From assembly GCA_009392915.1 (NCBI GenBank), contig CP045477.1:448001-512000 (forward strand): a stretch of DNA of 64,000 nt. The letters are read 5' to 3'. Under the pieces are notes generated by a model. It was not told the DNA's origin. It searched no databases and saw nothing but the letters and a program-made list of their open reading frames with translations. Each line of letters begins with the position of its first letter. The stretch's first letter is position 1. The translations under genes were made by a program, and so were the position numbers. Below are positions 46,451 through 57,559 of the stretch, piece after piece. Source of the DNA: Candidatus Forterrea multitransposorum CG_2015-17_Forterrea_25_41. Its GTDB lineage: Archaea; Iainarchaeota; Iainarchaeia; Iainarchaeales; CSSED10-239.

Positions 46451-47779
46451 TTATGGATTTAATCTATCTGTGTCCCTTGGAAGGAAAGTAACTTCACGTA
46501 CATTCTTCATATCAAGCATAAGCATTAAAAATCTTGTAGGACTAATAGCAAAACCACCATGAGGAGGACAACCATATCTAAAGAAATTTAAATAATCTTG
46601 TATTAAATCAAGATTAATTTTTTTCTCAATAGCTTGTTCTCTTAAAATATCTGTCCTGTGTTCTCTTTGAGCACCAGTAGTTACTTCTACACCTTTCCAT
46701 ATTAGATCAAAACTTTTTGTAAGCCCACCTTCTTTTTTCATATGGTAAAATGGTCTTGCAGAATATGGATAGTCTTTTATGAAAACAAATTCATGATTAA
46801 AAGTTTCTTTTACATATTCAAAAATTAATTTTTCACCATCAGCATCCAAATCATCTTCTGGTCCCTTATAACCTTTTTTTCTTACAATCTCTTGTGCTTC
46901 TTTCATTGTAAGTCTTGGAAAAGGAAGAGAAGGAACTATAACTTCCTGATTGAAAATATTTTTTATTTCTTCACCATATTCTTCTTTTATTCTTCCTATA
47001 AAATAATTTATCCAGGATTCTTCTAAATGCATTACATCTTCATGAGAATCAATATAAGATATTTCCATATCAATCATTGTAAACTCTGTATCATGTCTAG
47101 ATGTATGAGATGGGTTTGCTCTGAAAACTGGATTGATTTCAAAAATTTTTTCAAAACCAGCAGACATGGCCATCTGTTTATAAAATTGCGGAGATTGTGC
47201 AAGGTATGCTTTTTTTCCAAAATAATCTACAGAGAAAAGTTCTGCACCAGATTCACTTGGAGCACCCATAAACTTAGGAGTATGTATCTGTATAAAATCA
47301 TTCTTTGCCCAAAATTCTCTCATAGCCTTTTCCATGAAAGTACCTATCTTAAATATTAAAAGATTTTTAGGTTTTCTTAAATCAATCCATCTATAATCAA
47401 GTCTTTTTGATAGATCCGCAGAATCTTTTCCTAAAACAACTTGTATTGGAAGATTAACATCTGCAGTTGAAAGAATTTCTATATTGTTTACTAAAAGTTC
47501 AATTTTATTTTCAGTAACCTCTTGACCTTTTACATTTCCTTTTTGAACAATTCCTTTAACTGAAATTACTGATTCTCTTGTAATATTTTTAATTTCTTCA
47601 AAAGAAGGAGAATCACTAGTTACTACAAGTTGCACTATTCCGGAGTAATCTCTTAAAAGTAAAAAAGCTATTTTGCTTTGTGCTCTTATTTCATGTACAA
47701 AACCTTTAAGTAAAACTTCTTGTGAAACCTTATCATTTAACTGATTAATTTTTATTCTTTCCATTTTTAAAAACCTCAT
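46451..47779 (-). CDS. aspS: aspartyl-tRNA synthetase, archaeal/eukaryal type (the ATG at 47764 may be the true start)
   Basis: OB-fold anticodon-binding N-domain plus class II motifs (FRANPSHTSRHDTEFTMIDME, GGFAISPTR); 440 aa typical of archaeal AspRS. Confidence 0.9.
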   Translation of the reverse strand: MRFLKMERIKINQLNDKVSQEVLLKGFVHEIRAQSKIAFLLLRDYSGIVQLVVTSDSPSFEEIKNITRESVISVKGIVQKGNVKGQEVTENKIELLVNNIEILSTADVNLPIQVVLGKDSADLSKRLDYRWIDLRKPKNLLIFKIGTFMEKAMREFWAKNDFIQIHTPKFMGAPSESGAELFSVDYFGKKAYLAQSPQFYKQMAMSAGFEKIFEINPVFRANPSHTSRHDTEFTMIDMEISYIDSHEDVMHLEESWINYFIGRIKEEYGEEIKNIFNQEVIVPSLPFPRLTMKEAQEIVRKKGYKGPEDDLDADGEKLIFEYVKETFNHEFVFIKDYPYSARPFYHMKKEGGLTKSFDLIWKGVEVTTGAQREHRTDILREQAIEKKINLDLIQDYLNFFRYGCPPHGGFAISPTRFLMLMLDMKNVREVTFLPRDTDRLNP

Positions 47780-47962
47780 AAAACTATCTTTTATGTCAAA
47801 TATATATATTATAATTAAAATAATTTATATATGTTACTAATAAGATAAAATGTATAAGAAAATAGAAAAATAGAAGATTAAATTAAAAATTATTTTTTAT
47901 ATTTAGAAAAAAAACATTAATACCATTAAATAACAGTATCTTGCTTTTTTTCCAAATAAAAA

Positions 47963-48235
47963 TTATCTATTCTTAAATAAAACAACAAATTGTATAATTA
48001 CTAAAATTGCAATTACAGCCCACCAAATAATATTTACTAAATCAACATTTTTACAAGTATCTAATGCATTCATTACTGGTAAACTACAATTACTTATTTT
48101 TTCAACAAAAGTAATATAATTACTTCCAAAAAAACCATAATCAACATTAATTATTTTTACATACCTTAATGCAAAAAGTATAGCTGCAATAAACACCCAC
48201 ACAAAACTAAATACCTTTATTTTATTTTTATTCAT
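47963..48235 (-). CDS. small 2-TM membrane protein
   Basis: ORF track; hydrophobic. Confidence 0.3.
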   Translation of the reverse strand: MNKNKIKVFSFVWVFIAAILFALRYVKIINVDYGFFGSNYITFVEKISNCSLPVMNALDTCKNVDLVNIIWWAVIAILVIIQFVVLFKNR

Positions 48236-48304
48236 AATTTATTTTCCCCTTATTATTTTTTATTTTTTAAATTATTTAACAATAATTAATATTTTTAAAA
48301 ATAT

Positions 48305-48589
48305 TTAAACTAATCCAAAAAATTTTAAAATTAACATAATTCCTAAACCAGCAAGACCAAAGATACCTGATATAATTATTGTTAACCAGAAAGGTAGTTT
48401 AATACCTATAATTGTACAAAATATAAAACCTGCAATACCAATTATACTGTTCAATATAAAATTTTTAAAAAATACTAAAAATAAAATTGTTAATACTATT
48501 AAAACAATACCTATAATTAAACTAATAGGATTATTTACTAAATTATTAATACCAACACCAACACTTTGACTAATTATATTTGCATCCAT
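48305..48589 (-). CDS. small 3-TM membrane protein (Gly-rich helices)
   Basis: ORF track; hydrophobic. Confidence 0.3.
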   Translation of the reverse strand: MDANIISQSVGVGINNLVNNPISLIIGIVLIVLTILFLVFFKNFILNSIIGIAGFIFCTIIGIKLPFWLTIIISGIFGLAGLGIMLILKFFGLV

Positions 48590-48770
48590 ATTTATTTTCT
48601 CCTATATTCTTTAAATTTAAAATAAAAAAAGTTGTTATTAAAGTTATAATATTTTAAACAATATACATAAGATGTAATACAAACAGTGTATAAAGTGGCT
48701 TATTTTAAGAAAACAAACAAAAATTAGAAAATAATAAAATATTTAATATAAATTGTAAAATAAATTAAAG

Positions 48771-48845
48771 CAGACCGAGTGGGATTTGAACCCACGATCC
48801 CAAGCTTAGGAGGCTTGTGCGTTATCCTGACTACGCTACCGGCCT
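48771..48845 (-). tRNA. tRNA-Arg (anticodon CCU)
   Basis: Manual fold: D-arm GCGU/ACGC, anticodon stem CAAGC/GCUUG, loop CUCCUAA, T-arm GUGGG-UUCAAAU-CCCAC, acceptor AGGCCGG/UCGGUCU with two G-U pairs. Confidence 0.7.
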
Positions 48846-48988
48846 TTTATTTTAAAGAAAAAAAGAATAAAATATAAAATACTAACCTTTTTAAATCATT
48901 GCAATATTACAAATATATAAGTATACTTAAATTTATATTATATTTGTTTTATATATTATTATAGAAAAATCAATCAAGATAGATATTT

Positions 48989-49552
48989 ATGGCAAAAAAC
49001 ATTCTTATTTTCCTAGGACCACAAGGAAGTGGTAAAAGTACTCAAGCAGAAATTGTTGCAAAAGAAAAAAAATATGTACACATCACAGAATCAGATCTTT
49101 TACATGAATTTGTTAAAAAAAATAACAAAGAATCAAAAATGGTAAAAGAAATGATGAAAAAAGGAGAAATGGTTCCTTTTGAGATAACATGTAAAATTAC
49201 TTTTGAAAAAATAGATAAAATTAAATCAAAAAATATTATTCTAGATGGTTTTCCAAGACTTTTAGATCAAACACATGTTCTTGATTATTATATCTATAAA
49301 GAAAATCATAATCTTTTAGGAATAGTATACATTGATTTACCTAAAAAAGAATGTGTAAAAAGATTACTTTTAAGAAAAAGAGAAGATGATACTTTAAAAG
49401 TAATAAATACAAGATTAAAAATTTATTTTGAAAAAACTAAAAAAGTACTTGACCATTATCAAGAAAAAAAGAAATTAATTAAAATTAATGGAAATCAAGT
49501 TATTGATAAAGTTTCAAAAGAAATATTTAAAAAATTAAAAAACATAGTGTGA
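48989..49552 (+). CDS. adk: adenylate kinase (bacterial/eukaryal-type short form)
   Basis: P-loop LGPQGSGKSTQAE; about 187 aa. Confidence 0.75.
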   Translation: MAKNILIFLGPQGSGKSTQAEIVAKEKKYVHITESDLLHEFVKKNNKESKMVKEMMKKGEMVPFEITCKITFEKIDKIKSKNIILDGFPRLLDQTHVLDYYIYKENHNLLGIVYIDLPKKECVKRLLLRKREDDTLKVINTRLKIYFEKTKKVLDHYQEKKKLIKINGNQVIDKVSKEIFKKLKNIV

Positions 49553-49556
49553 AATT

Positions 49557-51170
49557 ATGTCAGATCAAAGAATTATTGAAAATATCAGAAAATTAAAATC
49601 ATTAGGAATGCCTGATAAAGAAATAATCGAGAATCTTGTAAACATAGGTTTATCCCCTGACGAAAGTGCAAAATTAATAAATGATTCTGGTAAAGAAAAA
49701 GAAGAAAGTGAACTTCAAACAAAAATTAAAGAAATAAAAGATAAACCTAAAAAAGAAAAAACAAAAGAAGTAACTCCAAAAAAGAAAGAAGAAATACCAA
49801 ATGATTTCTTTTCAGATGATCAAGGAGAAATAATTGATTCACCAATTAACAATGATACTGATGATGATATCTTAGAAGACGATACTTCAAAAGAATTAAA
49901 CAAATTAAAAAATATATCTTCAAAAGAAAAAAATGATGAGTTAAGTTTTGATATAGATTTAAAAGAAGATAAAAAAGAAGAACCTGATCTTTATAAGAAA
50001 TACAAAGAAGATGAAAATGAAGATTTATATAAAAAATATGTTACAACAAATGAAAAACCAAACCAAGTAGAAGTTAATAATACTGGAGATGTTTGGCAAA
50101 AAGGATTACTTGCAACCATTAACTCTAAATTAACAGAACTTGAAAATAAACAAAAATCTATTGAAGATGCAATTAAATTAAAAATAGAAAATGAAATGGA
50201 TAATATCCAAAAATATCAAGAAAAAACACAACAAGAAACAAAACAAATAACCAGTAAAATAATTTCATCTGAAACAGATAAATTAAATGCAAAAATTGTA
50301 ACAGAAGTTGCAAAACTAAAAATTGCAGAAGCAAAAATAAATAATAAAATACAAATAATTGAAGAAGATAAAGGAAAAATACAAGAACTTTCAAAAGATT
50401 TTGAATCATTAAAAAAAGATTTAAAAGATAATATTATAGAAACTAAAAAAAGAACAGACTCAATTGTATCTAGAACAGAAGAAAGTCTTTCAAAAATAAT
50501 TACAACAACAACAGTTAAACTTAATGAAAAAATTAAAGAAATCAATAGCACTTTAGCATTACAATCAAAAATAACAGAAGGACTTGTTAAAAATACTCAA
50601 AATACATTATCAACAGAAATTAAAAAATTAATAGAGTTCCAAAAAGATATAAAAACACAAATTGATCCTAAAAAAATATATGATAAAATTAGTGAACTTG
50701 AAGACTTTAAGATTAAACTTGCAAATAGATATGAAGAAAGATTTGAAACTGTTAAAACTGAATTTTTACATAAAGCAAAAATTGCAATAAAATCTGAAAT
50801 TGAAAACGATTTAAAAGAGTTAAACCAAATCAAAGAAGAAGTTGTTTCAAAAACAGATCCAGAAAGAATAGAAAAGAAACTTGTAGAACTTAGAAAACTT
50901 GAAGAAGAACTAGTAGCATCAGTTGATACAAAAATAGAACAATCTTTAAAAATATATCAAGCATCAATAACTAAAGAATTTAAAGATAAAATGGTTGAAA
51001 TTGATAACTATAAAAACAGTTTAGAAAAAAGCAAATTATTAGTTGACGAATTAAAAGATAAAATAAAAGAAATAGATAAATTTAAACAACAGTTTATTGC
51101 TGTAATTGATGAAAATATCGAAAAGATGAATCAAAATATGAAGATTCTTCTAGAACAAAAAAAAGGTTAG
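49557..51170 (+). CDS. long coiled-coil K/E-rich hypothetical protein
   Basis: ORF track; heptad-rich; starts 5 nt after adk. Confidence 0.35.
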   Translation: MSDQRIIENIRKLKSLGMPDKEIIENLVNIGLSPDESAKLINDSGKEKEESELQTKIKEIKDKPKKEKTKEVTPKKKEEIPNDFFSDDQGEIIDSPINNDTDDDILEDDTSKELNKLKNISSKEKNDELSFDIDLKEDKKEEPDLYKKYKEDENEDLYKKYVTTNEKPNQVEVNNTGDVWQKGLLATINSKLTELENKQKSIEDAIKLKIENEMDNIQKYQEKTQQETKQITSKIISSETDKLNAKIVTEVAKLKIAEAKINNKIQIIEEDKGKIQELSKDFESLKKDLKDNIIETKKRTDSIVSRTEESLSKIITTTTVKLNEKIKEINSTLALQSKITEGLVKNTQNTLSTEIKKLIEFQKDIKTQIDPKKIYDKISELEDFKIKLANRYEERFETVKTEFLHKAKIAIKSEIENDLKELNQIKEEVVSKTDPERIEKKLVELRKLEEELVASVDTKIEQSLKIYQASITKEFKDKMVEIDNYKNSLEKSKLLVDELKDKIKEIDKFKQQFIAVIDENIEKMNQNMKILLEQKKG

Positions 51171-51178
51171 AAGTAAAT

Positions 51179-53002
51179 TTAACTTCTAACACTACTTTTA
51201 TGTTTTGTTTTAATAACTCCTGTTGTAAAAAGAATTATTAAAAGTAAAGCTAAAAATATTATACCAAGTAAAATAGATTTAGATAATGTGAAAAAACCTG
51301 TTATAGGGTTTACATCGTCATCATCATATTTTACTAAAGCATCTTTAACTTTTAAAGTTACTGGTTTTGATGTAACAGCTCCAGAATTACTATAGAAAAC
51401 AAAACTGATTTCATATTCTTGAGCAGGTATGTCTCCTGAAATTATTTTTCCAGAAATAACTCTTGATGATTTTTTAGGAATATATGTATATTGATCAATT
51501 TCATAACTTATTTCTTGAGGAAGACCAACAATATCTATTCTTGAAATAGTTATATCTTTATCATCAAAGTTATAAATCTCAAATGAAAAATCTTTAGAAC
51601 CATTTACATCAACTGAAAGTTCTTTTGGGAATGATAAAAATTCAATTTTAAAAATGTCTTTTTGTCTAAAAGAAGTTACATTTAAAACAAATCTTTCAGA
51701 AAAGTTAGATTGATTAGATGCAATAAGTTCAATTTGAGAGCTTTTCTCAACAGTATTTCTACCAGCAGAAACATTAAATACAACAGTCATTGTTGTGTTT
51801 GGAGAAAGTGTTACTCTTTCACTCATATCATTGATTTTAATATCATTTGAAGAAATAAAATCAAAATATATAGTTTCTAAAACATCTCCTTTATTTTCAA
51901 CAACAGCAGTAATATTATAAGATTTACCAATCTCTAAAAGGAAAGAAGATTGTAAAAGTCTTATTTCAAGATTACTTTCTGGTTGTACTAAAAATCTTAA
52001 ATTTCTAGTAGTAGTTGTTCTTTCATCAAAGAAAGATAACTCAACAGGATAATCTCCTGAAGAAATTTCTTGAGTTGCTAAGAAAGTTATAGATACTTCT
52101 TTTAATTCATAAGGAGCAAGTTTAACTTCTCTATTTGAAAAAGAAATTTCTAAAGAATTATCTGATTCTTGAGATATAAAAATATGTTTATTTTTATTAG
52201 AAGTATTTTTAATTGTAAAATCTAAAGTATATTCTTCTCCTTTTGTAAGTAAATGAGTTGTTGATTGAACACCAACTACTGTAAAATCAGGAGTTAAAAC
52301 TTCTTGACAATCTGAAACATAAACATTAAATGTTTTCTTTGAAGTTATTTCATCATTTGAAATTGTTAAAGTAATTAAATGACTACCTGTGCTTGCATTA
52401 AAAGTTTCTATTTGAATAGGAATTTCTACATCGTCTTTTAAATATCTATTATTTCCACCTTTAATATTTGCAATAATAGTATCACTTGATAATGAAAGAT
52501 TATAGAAATCATTCATTGAAACATCTTCAAAAGTTAAAATTACTTCTTGAGCATTATTATTACAATAAGAAGTTCTTGATAAATCAACTTCAAATTTACC
52601 ATCTTCAGAATCATCATCAACATCTATTCTTAAAGAATAATCTCTAATACTGTTTGTTTTCATATCTTTTACAAAGAAAGTAACATCTGAAGATCCATCA
52701 TCTAAAGATTTAATAATAAATGAACTATCAATTGAAGAAAATTGATTAAATGTAAATACTTTTGAAAAATCACATTCAAGTTCATCTTCATCACAGAAAG
52801 TATATACTAATACTTCTTGAGATGTTGAATTATTATTTTCAATTGTAAAATTTATTTTTAAAGTATCATCATCCATCATAGAATAACTATTTTTTTCAAA
52901 ACTAACATTTATTTGGTCTATAGGCTCTGAAAAAACACCAACACTTAAAAGTGCTAAAACCACTAAAATTATTCCAAAAAATAAATAATATTTTTTATTC
53001 AT
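51179..53002 (-). CDS. large cell-surface protein: signal peptide, multiple beta-sandwich-like modules, C-terminal TM anchor plus basic tail
   Basis: N-terminal signal (FGIILVVLALLSVGVFS), C-terminal LGIIFLALLLIILFTTGVIKTKHKSSVRS. Confidence 0.45.
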   Translation of the reverse strand: MNKKYYLFFGIILVVLALLSVGVFSEPIDQINVSFEKNSYSMMDDDTLKINFTIENNNSTSQEVLVYTFCDEDELECDFSKVFTFNQFSSIDSSFIIKSLDDGSSDVTFFVKDMKTNSIRDYSLRIDVDDDSEDGKFEVDLSRTSYCNNNAQEVILTFEDVSMNDFYNLSLSSDTIIANIKGGNNRYLKDDVEIPIQIETFNASTGSHLITLTISNDEITSKKTFNVYVSDCQEVLTPDFTVVGVQSTTHLLTKGEEYTLDFTIKNTSNKNKHIFISQESDNSLEISFSNREVKLAPYELKEVSITFLATQEISSGDYPVELSFFDERTTTTRNLRFLVQPESNLEIRLLQSSFLLEIGKSYNITAVVENKGDVLETIYFDFISSNDIKINDMSERVTLSPNTTMTVVFNVSAGRNTVEKSSQIELIASNQSNFSERFVLNVTSFRQKDIFKIEFLSFPKELSVDVNGSKDFSFEIYNFDDKDITISRIDIVGLPQEISYEIDQYTYIPKKSSRVISGKIISGDIPAQEYEISFVFYSNSGAVTSKPVTLKVKDALVKYDDDDVNPITGFFTLSKSILLGIIFLALLLIILFTTGVIKTKHKSSVRS

Positions 53003-53017
53003 ATCTAATCATTTTCC

Positions 53018-53827
53018 TTATTTTTTATTTATATGTCTTATGTATCTAGTTGAGAAAGATAAAACTAAAACAACTAAAAATACAACTAAAAGTATTTTAA
53101 AATATATAGAATCTAAAAAATCTCCTATAAATTTAAGAGAAAAATAACCTGACAAAGGATTATTTTCTAAAATATTAATTTCTTTATTAAATATTAAATT
53201 ATTACAAGTGTAGATAACATTTATTTTATTTTCATACTCTGAATATATAGTACTGTATAAATATTCTGAATTATTTGAAATACTTATTTCTTTTTCTTCA
53301 GTTAAATTAGCACCTATAATATCTGTAATTTTTACTAATTTTATATCATCAGAAGAATTTTTAAATAACATTTTTAAGTTAATAGAACCATCTTCTAAAT
53401 TATCATAAGATAAATCTAAAGATAAATCTTCACAATTTTTATTAAATACTTGATTTATTGTAAAATATTCAACAAATCTATTACCTGCAAAAGAAGTCTC
53501 TATACTTGCAGTATAAGTTTGAGATAAAGAATTATTCAAAGGATATAACTTATAAGTTATTGTTTTATACTCATTTGGAAGTAAAAGTACCTTTTCAACA
53601 GAAAGGTCTGAAGTAAATGGAGAAGTATTTAACTTTATATCAAAGTATACAGCTTCAGATAGAAAATTGTATAAAACAACCTCTTTTTCAATAGCTTCAT
53701 CAGTTAAGTACACGTTATTTTGAAGAGATATAACTGAATTTGAACCTTGAAGAGAGCTTGAGAAAACTAAAGTTATGATTATTGAAGATACTATAAAAAA
53801 CATTAAATTTTTTATATATTTTTTCAT
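53018..53827 (-). CDS. smaller cell-surface protein with the same signal-ectodomain-C-terminal-TM-anchor architecture
   Basis: N-terminal signal, C-terminal FKILLVVFLVVLVLSFSTRYIRHINKK. Confidence 0.4.
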   Translation of the reverse strand: MKKYIKNLMFFIVSSIIITLVFSSSLQGSNSVISLQNNVYLTDEAIEKEVVLYNFLSEAVYFDIKLNTSPFTSDLSVEKVLLLPNEYKTITYKLYPLNNSLSQTYTASIETSFAGNRFVEYFTINQVFNKNCEDLSLDLSYDNLEDGSINLKMLFKNSSDDIKLVKITDIIGANLTEEKEISISNNSEYLYSTIYSEYENKINVIYTCNNLIFNKEINILENNPLSGYFSLKFIGDFLDSIYFKILLVVFLVVLVLSFSTRYIRHINKK

Positions 53828-54212
53828 AATTCTTTAAATCTCCTTATATTTTTTTATTATTAAATTTTTTAAAAGTTTTTGGGGAAAAAGGTTAAAAAGA
53901 AGGTAAGATAGTCTTTGTTAAATGAAGTTAATTTTTTATTAACTTATTAACTGTAAGGATTTGTTATTATATATCTTAAGAAGAAAAAGATTTATAAAGG
54001 AATCTATTTATTATGTATAGTTAAATAATTACTTATATTTAAAAACCTTATTATATCTTTTATGATTAATAATAGATATTAAAAAAGACTATAACTTCTA
54101 GCTTTCCTCTCTGGATCTTAAAGTATATAGCATTCTCCAGAATAAAGATAACTATAATCTGTAAAGATTAATTATCTATATATTTAACATATCATATAAG
54201 AATCTAAAATAT

Positions 54213-57200
54213 TTATTTTAAATTTAAACCAATAACAGAAGTATGTTCCTTTAAAGTTACACCAATAATCTGATCTGCACCAGAAACAAAAGCACCATTG
54301 TGAGATACAGAGATAATAGTTGTATCTTTTGCAAGTTCTTTTACAAAATTAAGTAAAGTTCCTGCATTATAATCATCTAAAGCAGCATCAACTTCATCTA
54401 AAATATAGAAAGGAGCTTTTCTATAAGCATAAAGAGAGAAAATAAAAGCAAGAGCAGTAATTGTCTTTTCTCCACCAGACATTATATCTATATCTTTTGT
54501 TTTACCATTCTTTGTAATATTTATCAAAAGCTTAGAAGTTAAGATATCATCTCCTTCTAAAACAAGTTCACCAGATAAAAGTTTTGACATTTGTTTAATA
54601 ATATTTTTAAATTCTTTATTAATCTTATTAAAACAATCAATAAACACTGTTTTTTTCTTTAAATTTATTTCATTTAACATACTTTCAACTTCTTCTTTTT
54701 CTTTTGAAAGTATACTACATTTTTCTAAAATTTCATCATATTCTTTTGCAAGCTTTCCATAAGAATCAATTGCATTAAAATTAATATTTCCTAAAGCATT
54801 CTTATCTCTTTTAACTTTTCTTAATTCAGAACTAATTTCTTCAAGAGAGATTTCATCCATTAAAACCATATCTTCTTCTTTAAGATCTAAAAGTTTTAAA
54901 TTTTGTTCAATTTGGTTTGCTTTACTTTGGTTTGTTGAAATTAATATCTTTAAGTTATTTAAAGAAAGATTAAGATCTGATATTTGAGAATCATAAAGAT
55001 ATATCTTTTGTGAAATTTCAGTAATTCTTTTAGAAACATCTTGTTTTTCAGAATAAAGTTTATTTTTCTTAATATCTTCTTCTTCAAAATCATTTGAAAT
55101 TTTTATAAGTCTGTTTTCAATATCTTGTTTTCTATCTTCAAGAATTGTAATTTCTTCTTTAAGTTTTGATATTTTATTAGTATTTATTTCAATATAATCT
55201 TTTTTATTTAATATTTTTTCTTGTAAAATCTTTTCATCAGAAGATTTTGAAATAACGCTTTGTTCTAAAAGATTAATTTCTGAGATTAAATCATCATATT
55301 CATTTCTTAGAGAATCATTAATACTTACATTAAATTTTTTTAATTTAATTTCTAAAGATTCCTTTTTTTCTGAAATTTTAGAAATATCATTTTCAAGAGA
55401 AGAGATTTCATTTTCAAGAGAAGAGATGTCTGTTGAAACTCTTAAGATTGTTGTTTGGTTTGTTTTAGTTAAGCTTTCTTCGTTTAATTTTTCAGTTAAA
55501 TCTTGTTTAATTGCTTTTTTTGTGTTTATTGAAATATTTAAAGATTCTTTTTTATCTTTAAAAGAATTTATTTCTTTTAAAAGAGAAGAATTTTCTTCAA
55601 TTAAAGAAGCATATTCTTCTTTTTTATTTTTAAGATCAGATTCTATTTTTAAAATATCAGACTCAAGTTTAGAAGTATCTTTATAGAGAATCTTTCTAAA
55701 AGAAAAACCATCAAAATAATAATCTTTTAAAGAAAGAGAAGGTTTTTTAGAACCTAAGCTATTCTTAAAATAAGAAGCTAATTCTTTTTGTCCAAGATTT
55801 AAGGCACTTAATATTACAAAAGATAAATTATAATCAATATTTGAAAGTATTTTTTTAATTTCACTATCATCTTTTAAAACAACATAAGAAACATAAAAAG
55901 ATTTTTCTGAATCTGAAAGAGAAATTACTTCATCTAAAAAACCAATAAATGTTTTAAAGTCTGAAACTTTTTCTTTAATCTCTTTTCTTTTATCTGTTAT
56001 ATTTGAAGAAGAAGATAAATCTTTCTTTAAAGAAGATAAATCAATCTTTAAATTATTAAGAGTATTTTCTAATGTTTGTTTTTTAATTATATTATTTTCT
56101 AAATTTTTTTCTTTATCTTCAAGTTCTTTAAAAATTAAAGAGATTTCTTTTTCAAGAGAAGATATTTCTTCAGTTAGAGATTTTGATTTTTCTGTAAAAG
56201 ATTGAACTCTTGAAACAATTTCTTTATTTTGTTTTTCTAAATTTTCTTTTTGTAAAGAAAAAGCATTAAGTCTACTTTTTTTCTCAAAGAAAAGATCTTG
56301 TTTTTCATTTAAAGATTTATTTTCAAGAGATAATTTTTCATAAAGCTCTTCTTGCATAGCTTTAATCTCTTCAAATTCTCTTTTATTTTTATCTAAATCT
56401 ATTTTTAAAGCATCTTTAGTTTTTTGTTTTTCAGAAATTTTAGTTTTAATATTTGAAACAATTATTTTAATTTCATCAATTTCTTTTACAAAAGAAGATA
56501 GTTCTTGTGAAGCTTTATTATTTTCAGAAATTAAATAATTTAAATTATTTTTTGAAGAATTTAAAGAATTTGTAACTATTTCTTTAGAAGCATTAATTTC
56601 AGATAATTGTTTTCCAATGGTTGTTTGTACTTTTTCAGAATGAGCAATTAATTCTTGATTTATTTGTTCTAATTTTTCATCAAGTTCTTTTGTTTTTAAA
56701 TTACCATCTTGTTTTTCTATGGTCAAAAGATTAAGTTTTTCTTCTTTTTCTTCTAAATCATTTCCATAATCATTTATTTCTTGAGTATACAAATCAATTT
56801 GTTTTTTATAAAGATTATAATTATATTTATTTTCTAAAGTTTCAAGTTCTTTATACTTAATAGCATTATCTTTTTCTTCTCTTAATTGTTCAACATATGG
56901 CTTTCTTTCATTTAAAGCAATGTTTACTTTATCAAGTCTTTCTTTTACTTTTTTTAAATTAACTTCAGCTTCTTTTTTTCTAGCATCAAAAAGAGAAATT
57001 CCTGAAACATCATCAATGATTGTTCTTCTCTCTTCTGAATTAAGATTTATAATTTTTGTAACATCTCCTTGCTGTACTGTGTTAAAACCATCAGTATCAA
57101 GACCTAATTCGTTTAAATAAGACATTATTTCATGAAGAGCTTGTTTTTTACCATTTAGAGAAAAAATAGATTTACCTTCTTTATCAATCTCTCTTGAAAC

Positions 57201-57461
57201 TTCAATTTCTTGATCTTCGTTTTTTAAAACTGCTCTTACAAGAGCAGTATTTGCTTTTGTATGATGATTAATAAGGTTTGTAAGTTTATCAACTCTTAAT
57301 CTTTTAAGAGAAGTTGCTCCAAAAACAAAAAGTAAAGCATCTACTATATTACTTTTTCCAGAACCATTAGGCCCAACAACAATATGTAGTCCTTTATCAA
57401 AAGGTATTTTAGTATATTCAAAGGATTTGAAATTTTTAATAATAAGTTCTTTTAATTGCAT
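54213..57461 (-). CDS. smc: SMC-family chromosome-segregation ATPase
   Basis: N-terminal Walker A VVGPNGSGKSNIVDA, a roughly 900-aa coiled coil with a degenerate central hinge, C-terminal signature MSGGEKTITALA, Walker B ILDEVDAALD; no CxxC hook, so SMC rather than Rad50. Confidence 0.65.
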   Translation of the reverse strand: MQLKELIIKNFKSFEYTKIPFDKGLHIVVGPNGSGKSNIVDALLFVFGATSLKRLRVDKLTNLINHHTKANTALVRAVLKNEDQEIEVSREIDKEGKSIFSLNGKKQALHEIMSYLNELGLDTDGFNTVQQGDVTKIINLNSEERRTIIDDVSGISLFDARKKEAEVNLKKVKERLDKVNIALNERKPYVEQLREEKDNAIKYKELETLENKYNYNLYKKQIDLYTQEINDYGNDLEEKEEKLNLLTIEKQDGNLKTKELDEKLEQINQELIAHSEKVQTTIGKQLSEINASKEIVTNSLNSSKNNLNYLISENNKASQELSSFVKEIDEIKIIVSNIKTKISEKQKTKDALKIDLDKNKREFEEIKAMQEELYEKLSLENKSLNEKQDLFFEKKSRLNAFSLQKENLEKQNKEIVSRVQSFTEKSKSLTEEISSLEKEISLIFKELEDKEKNLENNIIKKQTLENTLNNLKIDLSSLKKDLSSSSNITDKRKEIKEKVSDFKTFIGFLDEVISLSDSEKSFYVSYVVLKDDSEIKKILSNIDYNLSFVILSALNLGQKELASYFKNSLGSKKPSLSLKDYYFDGFSFRKILYKDTSKLESDILKIESDLKNKKEEYASLIEENSSLLKEINSFKDKKESLNISINTKKAIKQDLTEKLNEESLTKTNQTTILRVSTDISSLENEISSLENDISKISEKKESLEIKLKKFNVSINDSLRNEYDDLISEINLLEQSVISKSSDEKILQEKILNKKDYIEINTNKISKLKEEITILEDRKQDIENRLIKISNDFEEEDIKKNKLYSEKQDVSKRITEISQKIYLYDSQISDLNLSLNNLKILISTNQSKANQIEQNLKLLDLKEEDMVLMDEISLEEISSELRKVKRDKNALGNINFNAIDSYGKLAKEYDEILEKCSILSKEKEEVESMLNEINLKKKTVFIDCFNKINKEFKNIIKQMSKLLSGELVLEGDDILTSKLLINITKNGKTKDIDIMSGGEKTITALAFIFSLYAYRKAPFYILDEVDAALDDYNAGTLLNFVKELAKDTTIISVSHNGAFVSGADQIIGVTLKEHTSVIGLNLK

Positions 57462-57559
57462 TAATAATCAAGGATTTATAATTTTATATTTAGTAAATAT
57501 ACTAAAATATATTATACCAAAATATATTTAAATACTACAATAAAGAAAAAAAAAGAAAA

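Noticed and set aside
48771-48845. Concern that the tRNA-Arg(CCU) acceptor stem does not pair
   Set aside because: With the 5' end set at the A preceding GGCCGG, the stem AGGCCGG/UCGGUCU pairs with two G-U wobbles. Retained as a tRNA at moderate confidence, not as a split or permuted tRNA.
54213-57461. Rad50 as an alternative call for the 1082-aa coiled-coil ABC ATPase
   Set aside because: No central CxxC zinc hook. Its length and the presence of a hinge-like segment fit SMC better. No adjacent Mre11 phosphoesterase.
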